DNA from: an uncultured Gammaproteobacteria bacterium
Lineage (GTDB): Bacteria; Pseudomonadota; Gammaproteobacteria; JACCXJ01
DNA: 64,000 nucleotides
Direction of reading: 5' to 3'
Assembly (NCBI GenBank): GCA_963764725.1
Contig: CAVXTM010000012.1
Coordinates: 256,001 to 320,000 of the forward strand
Every line of letters starts with the position of its first letter. The first letter of the stretch is position 1. Positions 57,378 to 64,000 of the stretch are shown here, one piece after another. The position numbers were made by a program, and so were the translations under genes. A model generated the notes under the pieces. It was not told the DNA's origin. It saw only the letters and a list, made by a program, of their open reading frames with translations, and did not search any database.

Positions 57378-57703
57378 TCTACGCGGTAGGTCTTCAGAAC
57401 ACCGGTAACAATGTCCAGCTCACTACCAACTTACCTTGCCTGCAGGCCAATAAACGCTGTTTCCAAGGGCCCGGGGCGGACGTGCCCGCAGAGTCGTTCA
57501 GTGGCATTCGGCTTAGGTGCGCTGCGATCGAACGCGTGATGCATAAAGTGCAACTTCGGTTACCTCGGCAGCGCCGCTGACGAGGAGCGTTCAGCGACCG
57601 CTTTGAGGTAAATCACGATGTCGGTGTGAATGACCGCTCCGGGTCGGCAAGCCGAAATTCAAACTGAGGCACTACCAATGTTGTGCGTCGCTGGAGTTCT
57701 CCT

Positions 57704-58447
57704 CTACAACTGCGCCAAGATCTCTTCGCTCATCTCGGCGTTCGAATAGACGTTCTGAACGTCATCGAGGTCCTCCAGCGCTTCGATCAAACGCGTCATT
57801 TTCTGGGCGTTCTCCAAGTCGAGGGTCGCACTGGTCGAGGCACGCATCGTGATTCCGGCGTCCTCCGGACTTAGGCCTCGGGCAAGCATCGCGTCCTTGA
57901 CCTTCCCGAAGTCCTCTGGGACCGTGATGACGTCCATCGAACCATCGTCGTTTACCACGACGTCGTCGGCGCCGGCATCCAGCGCAATCTCCATGATTTG
58001 GTCTTCGTCGCTGCCCTTGGGGTAGGACAGCACCCCTTGTTTTTTAAACAGATACGCGACGGAGCCGTCGGTGCCCATGCTGCCGCCGGCCTTGGAAAAG
58101 GCATGGCGGACTTCCGCGACCGTGCGGTTGCGGTTATTGGTCATACAGTCCACCAGGATCGCAATCCCGCCCGGGCCGTAGCCTTCATAGCGGATTTCTT
58201 CGAACTGCTCGCCTTCGACACCTCCCGTTCCGCGCTTGATCGCCCGCTCGACGGTGTCCTTGGACATGTTATTGGAGAGACCAGCATCCATGGCGGCGCG
58301 CAGGCGTGGGTTGCTTCCGGCGTCACCGCCACCCATGCGGGCGGCGACCGTGATCTCGCGGATAAGTTTCGTGAACAACTTACCGCGCTTTGCGTCCTGC
58401 GCGCCCTTGCGATGCTGGATATTCGCCCATTTACTGTGTCCCGCCAT
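57704..58447 (-). CDS. yebC: YebC/PmpR-family protein
   Basis: [40 protein letters not shown]. Confidence 0.96.
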   Translation of the reverse strand: MAGHSKWANIQHRKGAQDAKRGKLFTKLIREITVAARMGGGDAGSNPRLRAAMDAGLSNNMSKDTVERAIKRGTGGVEGEQFEEIRYEGYGPGGIAILVDCMTNNRNRTVAEVRHAFSKAGGSMGTDGSVAYLFKKQGVLSYPKGSDEDQIMEIALDAGADDVVVNDDGSMDVITVPEDFGKVKDAMLARGLSPEDAGITMRASTSATLDLENAQKMTRLIEALEDLDDVQNVYSNAEMSEEILAQL

Positions 58448-58580
58448 GATGATCAATTTCCAGTGTTTCCGAATCAAGAAAGTCTACCGCAAATCCAGGC
58501 TCGGGGGATCAGGATTTGCCACGCGAGCGGCCGTGCCAGGGTGGCATCGTGGCTACCACACCACAGCGTGGAACGCTTGG

Positions 58581-58716
58581 GGAGACTCTGAATAAGTGTT
58601 ATGAGCACGCCCAGCTGCGCGAAGCCGCGCAGCGAGACGCGAGACATATCATGTAGATAGGCGAGCGAGCACGCGACAAAGCAGATGGGCGGCGCAGTAG
58701 CTTATTCAGAGTTTCC
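58581..58716 (+). mobile_element. 136-bp MITE copy with IS5-like ends
   Basis: TIRs GGAGACTCTGAATAAG / CTTATTCAGAGTTTCC; flanked by TTGG/TTAG, the right flank being the stop of the adjacent minus-strand gene; shared core gcgagacatatcatgtagataggcgagc. Confidence 0.8.
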
Positions 58717-59088
58717 TTAGCGCTTGCGTTCACGTTCGGCCAAGTACCGTTCCGCTTTTTGCTTGTTAATAGCCCTGAGCTTGGTATAACCGTCCTCGAG
58801 GGTGGGTGAAGAAGTATCCACGGCGGGGGCGGCATCCGGCCGCCGTTTGCGGGCGCGCAGCGCCGCTCTAATCGCACTCACAGTGCCTAAAAGCGCTCCG
58901 GCACCGGCGCCCATCGCAGCATAGAGCGGTAACCCCATAACATCGATCATCATGGTTTTGATCGGGACCGATACGACCGAATACCCGGACGACGTGATGA
59001 TGCAGTAGCGGTAAAGGGCAATGATCACGGCGCTCGTAAGCGCGCCGATGACCGACCACCGCAAAACCGTGAGCACTAGCTTCATCAC
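58717..59088 (-). CDS. Small hypothetical membrane protein
   Basis: Two hydrophobic segments, basic tail; co-oriented between nadA and yebC. Confidence 0.55.
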   Translation of the reverse strand: MMKLVLTVLRWSVIGALTSAVIIALYRYCIITSSGYSVVSVPIKTMMIDVMGLPLYAAMGAGAGALLGTVSAIRAALRARKRRPDAAPAVDTSSPTLEDGYTKLRAINKQKAERYLAERERKR

Positions 59089-59181
59089 TCTCGGTCCCTT
59101 AGACGACTACGCCAGACCCGATGTCGCCGGCCACACTCGGCTGCATGTCGATTATCCCGCAAGCGGAAGCGCTCACGCGAA

Positions 59182-60264
59182 CTACGCGTCGTTCGTACCG
59201 AAAACGGCCTGACCGCGCGCCTTGGTAAAGTCGAGCAGACGCATGATCGGCACGCGTGCCCGGGCGGCGATCTGGGGATCCAGCAGGATTTCATTGTCCC
59301 CGTTTTCAAGGCAGGCCGCGAGGTTTCCAAGCCCATTCATCGCCATCCAGGGGCAGTGTCCACAGCTCTTGCAGGTGGCGCTGCGGCCGGCCGTGGGCGC
59401 CTCGATGAGCTGTTTGCCCGGAGCGGCCTGCTGCATCTTGTAAAAGATGCCTTTGTCAGTGGCTACAATGAATTTGGAAGCATCGAGCTCGCGCGCCGCT
59501 TTGATGAGCGCGCTCGTCGAGCCGACCGCGTCCGCCTGCGCCACGACCGACGCGGGGGATTCCGGATGCACCAAGACCTTGGCATCGGGATGCTGCCTGC
59601 GGAGCGCTTCGAGCTCGAGTCCTTTAAATTCCTCATGCACCACACAGGCCGCGTTCCAAAGGACCATATCGGCGCCCGTCTGCTCACGGATGTAGCCGCC
59701 CAAATACTTATCCGGCGCCCAGAGGATTTTCTCCCCGCGCGCCGCGAGATGCGCGACGATCTCGACCGCGCTGCTCGAGGTGACGACCCAGTCGGCGCGC
59801 GCCTTGACCCTGGCGCTGGTGTTGGCATAGACGACCACGGTGCGATCGGGATGGGCATCGCAAAAGACCGAAAACTCCTCGGCCGGGCAGCCGAGATCGA
59901 GCGAGCAAGTCGCCTCCAGATCCGGCATCAGCACGCGCTTCTCGGGGTTCAGGATCTTGGCGGTCTCGCCCATGAAGCGCACGCCGGCAACGACCAAGGT
60001 CGATGCTGGGTGCTCATAACCGAAACGGGCCATATCGAGGGAGTCGGAAACATGACCTCCGGTCTCGTCGGCGAGCTGCTGCAGTGCCGCGTCTGTGTAA
60101 TAATGCGCAACGATCACCGCTTTTCTTTTCCTCAGCAGGCGCTTAATCTTGCCCACGAGACGCACGCGTTCCTCAGGTTCGAGTTGCTCGGTCACCGTTT
60201 CCGGTACCTCGTACGAACGTGTTTTTACCGGGTGACGTTCTCGAATCGGACTAAAACTGATCAT
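59182..60264 (-). CDS. nadA: Quinolinate synthase
   Basis: [52 protein letters not shown]. Confidence 0.96.
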   Translation of the reverse strand: MISFSPIRERHPVKTRSYEVPETVTEQLEPEERVRLVGKIKRLLRKRKAVIVAHYYTDAALQQLADETGGHVSDSLDMARFGYEHPASTLVVAGVRFMGETAKILNPEKRVLMPDLEATCSLDLGCPAEEFSVFCDAHPDRTVVVYANTSARVKARADWVVTSSSAVEIVAHLAARGEKILWAPDKYLGGYIREQTGADMVLWNAACVVHEEFKGLELEALRRQHPDAKVLVHPESPASVVAQADAVGSTSALIKAARELDASKFIVATDKGIFYKMQQAAPGKQLIEAPTAGRSATCKSCGHCPWMAMNGLGNLAACLENGDNEILLDPQIAARARVPIMRLLDFTKARGQAVFGTNDA

Positions 60265-60462
60265 ATCTCTGAGGTTCTAGTGGAAACTCAAATATATTCC
60301 GTGCCGGCGCACGCCGCTGTGCCATTTGACATGGCAAACTCCGTGATAATTTCCGCTACCTCACGGCGAATGAGTAGCAATCGCAGTTGTGATCCTGGAT
60401 GATGAACGGCACGACGTCGGTAGAGACCGAGGGATGAGGATAGTCGTAGGGTGCATACCAGG

Positions 60463-62241
<1,779 letters not shown>

Positions 62242-62362
62242 CGTACCCCCGACGCTCGCTTTGCAACGAAAATGGCAATGGTACGGGCTGCTTCAGACGG
62301 GCGCAATGCGAGCAGATCAATCCCTTGAGGGCCGTCAAAGCCAAACGAGTGTGCGGTCGCTA

Positions 62363-62674
62363 TTAATCGGCCGTTGTGGTTGGCGATTTCGACTCGGCCG
62401 AGGCACTCGTGCCGGATCCGCTTCCGGTCTCTTCCTTTGGGGCAGCGGCTTTTTCGCTCTTATCCTCTCCTTTGTCGCCGGTTTGCGTGCCCTTGTTCTT
62501 GAAGTCCGTGGCATACCAGCCCGAGCCCTTGAGTCGGAAACCGGCCGCGGAAACTAATCTTCTTAAGCTTTGAGCTTCGCAGGCGGGACATTGCGACAGC
62601 GGTTCATCGCCGATCTGCTGTAAGATCTCAACACGCTGCCCGCAATCGGCGCATTCATACTCGTAGAAAGGCAT
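62363..62674 (-). CDS. FmdB-family zinc-ribbon protein
   Basis: MPFYEYEC..CG, CP.C, F.LKGSGWY.TDF; usual neighbour of aspS. Confidence 0.92.
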   Translation of the reverse strand: MPFYEYECADCGQRVEILQQIGDEPLSQCPACEAQSLRRLVSAAGFRLKGSGWYATDFKNKGTQTGDKGEDKSEKAAAPKEETGSGSGTSASAESKSPTTTAD

Positions 62675-62840
62675 AAGAAACTACTCGTCTTGTGGATCCG
62701 TTATACCAACATAACGGCTACCGCTGAAAAATCAAGAGCGTCCGGCGCGCTGGCGCCGCCCTCGCTGCACGGATCCTTGAACCGGATATTCGCTTTTTTC
62801 TCCGTTGCGTATTCGGTATCATGTCCTCCCCTCGATACCG

Positions 62841-62916
62841 GGGCCGTTAGCTCAGTCGGTAGAGCAGCGGACTTTTAATCCGTTGGTCGCAGGTTCGACT
62901 CCTGCACGGCCCACCA
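62841..62916 (+). tRNA. tRNA-Lys (UUU)
   Basis: Acceptor GGGCCGT/ACGGCCC-A-CCA, D-arm AGCTCAGTCGGTAGAGC, anticodon loop CTTTTAA, T-loop GGTTCGACTCC. Confidence 0.97.
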
Positions 62917-63523
62917 AACACGAACAGACCATTGGAAGGCCGAAATGTACAATCAACGCGCTGTCATGGTCGAAATTCACGCAAATCGGCGCGTCCGATT
63001 GCGCCACATCCTCGATCGGTTCGACAATAATCAGTTGACGTTGGCGCGGGCCGTCGAGATAACCCATCATTCTTCGGTAGCGTCTTAAGTGGTCAAGAGA
63101 ATTTAGGCGAGGGCGGCGCACGGCAAATCGAAGCCGCGATCGAGCTGCCTGATGGCTGGATGGATCGCGGGAGCTAAAAAAAGAGCGTAAGTCCAAGCGA
63201 CCACAACGCGTCGCGGCCTGAGGTGGCGGGACATGCATCACAGGCAACCGTGGCGAATACCGCTTCGAGTCTTTGCAGCAAGGTTGGGTTTAATCCTTGC
63301 GCCCTTAGCGGAATTCCCCGCGCAGTACCCCATCGGGATCGGGCGCGGAGCGTGGCGCCCAACGCGGTACGCCATCGGGATACCCTCGCCATGATAGTTG
63401 TGCTATTTACGTGTCATAATACTAGTCGGTACGCTCCAGGCGCTGCGCGATCCGATCTATTCTTCTGCTCTGCTGGTAATATGATCCCAATATAAAGCAG
63501 ATGCGTTCATTTACAATCCCGAT

Positions 63524-64000
63524 TTATGGTCCAATGGCTAGGGTCCACTTCTCAGTGCGTTTGTTGATCTCATTGTATGCAATACCCAAAAAGAGAAAAA
63601 TTGATAAAAATGCGAAATTTGGCTTGGATAAAATCATCGTGACAAAGATCACAATCAGTGAAGCTTTGATTCCAACCTCCCTCTGGGTACGGCCCAGCTT
63701 AACTGCCGGATATATAAAGATACAGGTGATCAAGAGAAAGCCTATGATGCCAAGATTAACAAGCGACGTTGACAATAAATCGTTGGATCGAATGTAGCCG
63801 TATCCTACACCGAACAATTGATTGGCGAGGGGCAAGTCAAGATAGTACTCCCAAGAAGTCAAAAAGGCCGCGAATCTCCCAGCCCCAGATGGATTTTCCG
63901 CAGTTACTTTGTCCTCGATTAATTGTGTATAAGCACTCAAAATATGCTCATTACCGAATAATCCCATCGCCAACAAAACGATTAAAATACCACCTATGAC
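63524..64000 (-). CDS. C-terminal part of an AT-rich O-antigen polymerase/ligase-like membrane protein (runs off the window)
   Basis: SGAGRF...W......LFGVGYG...SND....L.NLGIIG followed by TM helices. Confidence 0.6.
   Translation of the reverse strand, partial: VIGGILIVLLAMGLFGNEHILSAYTQLIEDKVTAENPSGAGRFAAFLTSWEYYLDLPLANQLFGVGYGYIRSNDLLSTSLVNLGIIGFLLITCIFIYPAVKLGRTQREVGIKASLIVIFVTMILSKPNFAFLSIFLFLGIAYNEINKRTEKWTLAIGP

Noticed and set aside
60321-60337. Inverted repeat TGCCAT-ttgac-ATGGCA upstream of nadA as an NAD-regulator site
   Set aside because: Does not match the NadQ/NrtR/NadR consensus I recall; short enough to be chance.

Overview
GC-rich gammaproteobacterial chromosome segment. The backbone is housekeeping: lptD-surA-pdxA, mpl, moaB, mazG, phaC, folE2, mutH, yebC, nadA, aspS and tRNA-Lys. 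An orphan PmoD/AmoD-like gene hints at a methanotroph or ammonia oxidiser (inference). Accessory blocks from left to right: (1) an IS3 remnant, then a B12 module (btuM and frameshifted btuB, two back-to-back cobalamin riboswitches, metE); (2) a MinD-like ATPase / patatin / MHYT hybrid kinase / two-receiver signalling operon; (3) an in-frame ArsC-PyrF fusion beside a MerA-like reductase; (4) a collapsed type I-C CRISPR-Cas locus next to an AT-richer nuclease-STAND (Avs-like) defence gene, an aspartic protease, Uma2 and RecD2; (5) a JAB / ubiquitin-like-rhodanese-E1 polyprotein / CysM sulfur-carrier operon; (6) a patchwork of gene fragments ending at yebC. Non-coding signals missed by the ORF track: a ~70-nt candidate sigma54-dependent sRNA with an anti-Shine-Dalgarno seed, transcribed divergently from phaC; a dispersed IS5-type MITE family; a REP-like hairpin; a DUF423 remnant. 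Several frameshifts could be gene erosion or assembly errors. All family calls come from motif recognition by eye; no database searches were run.
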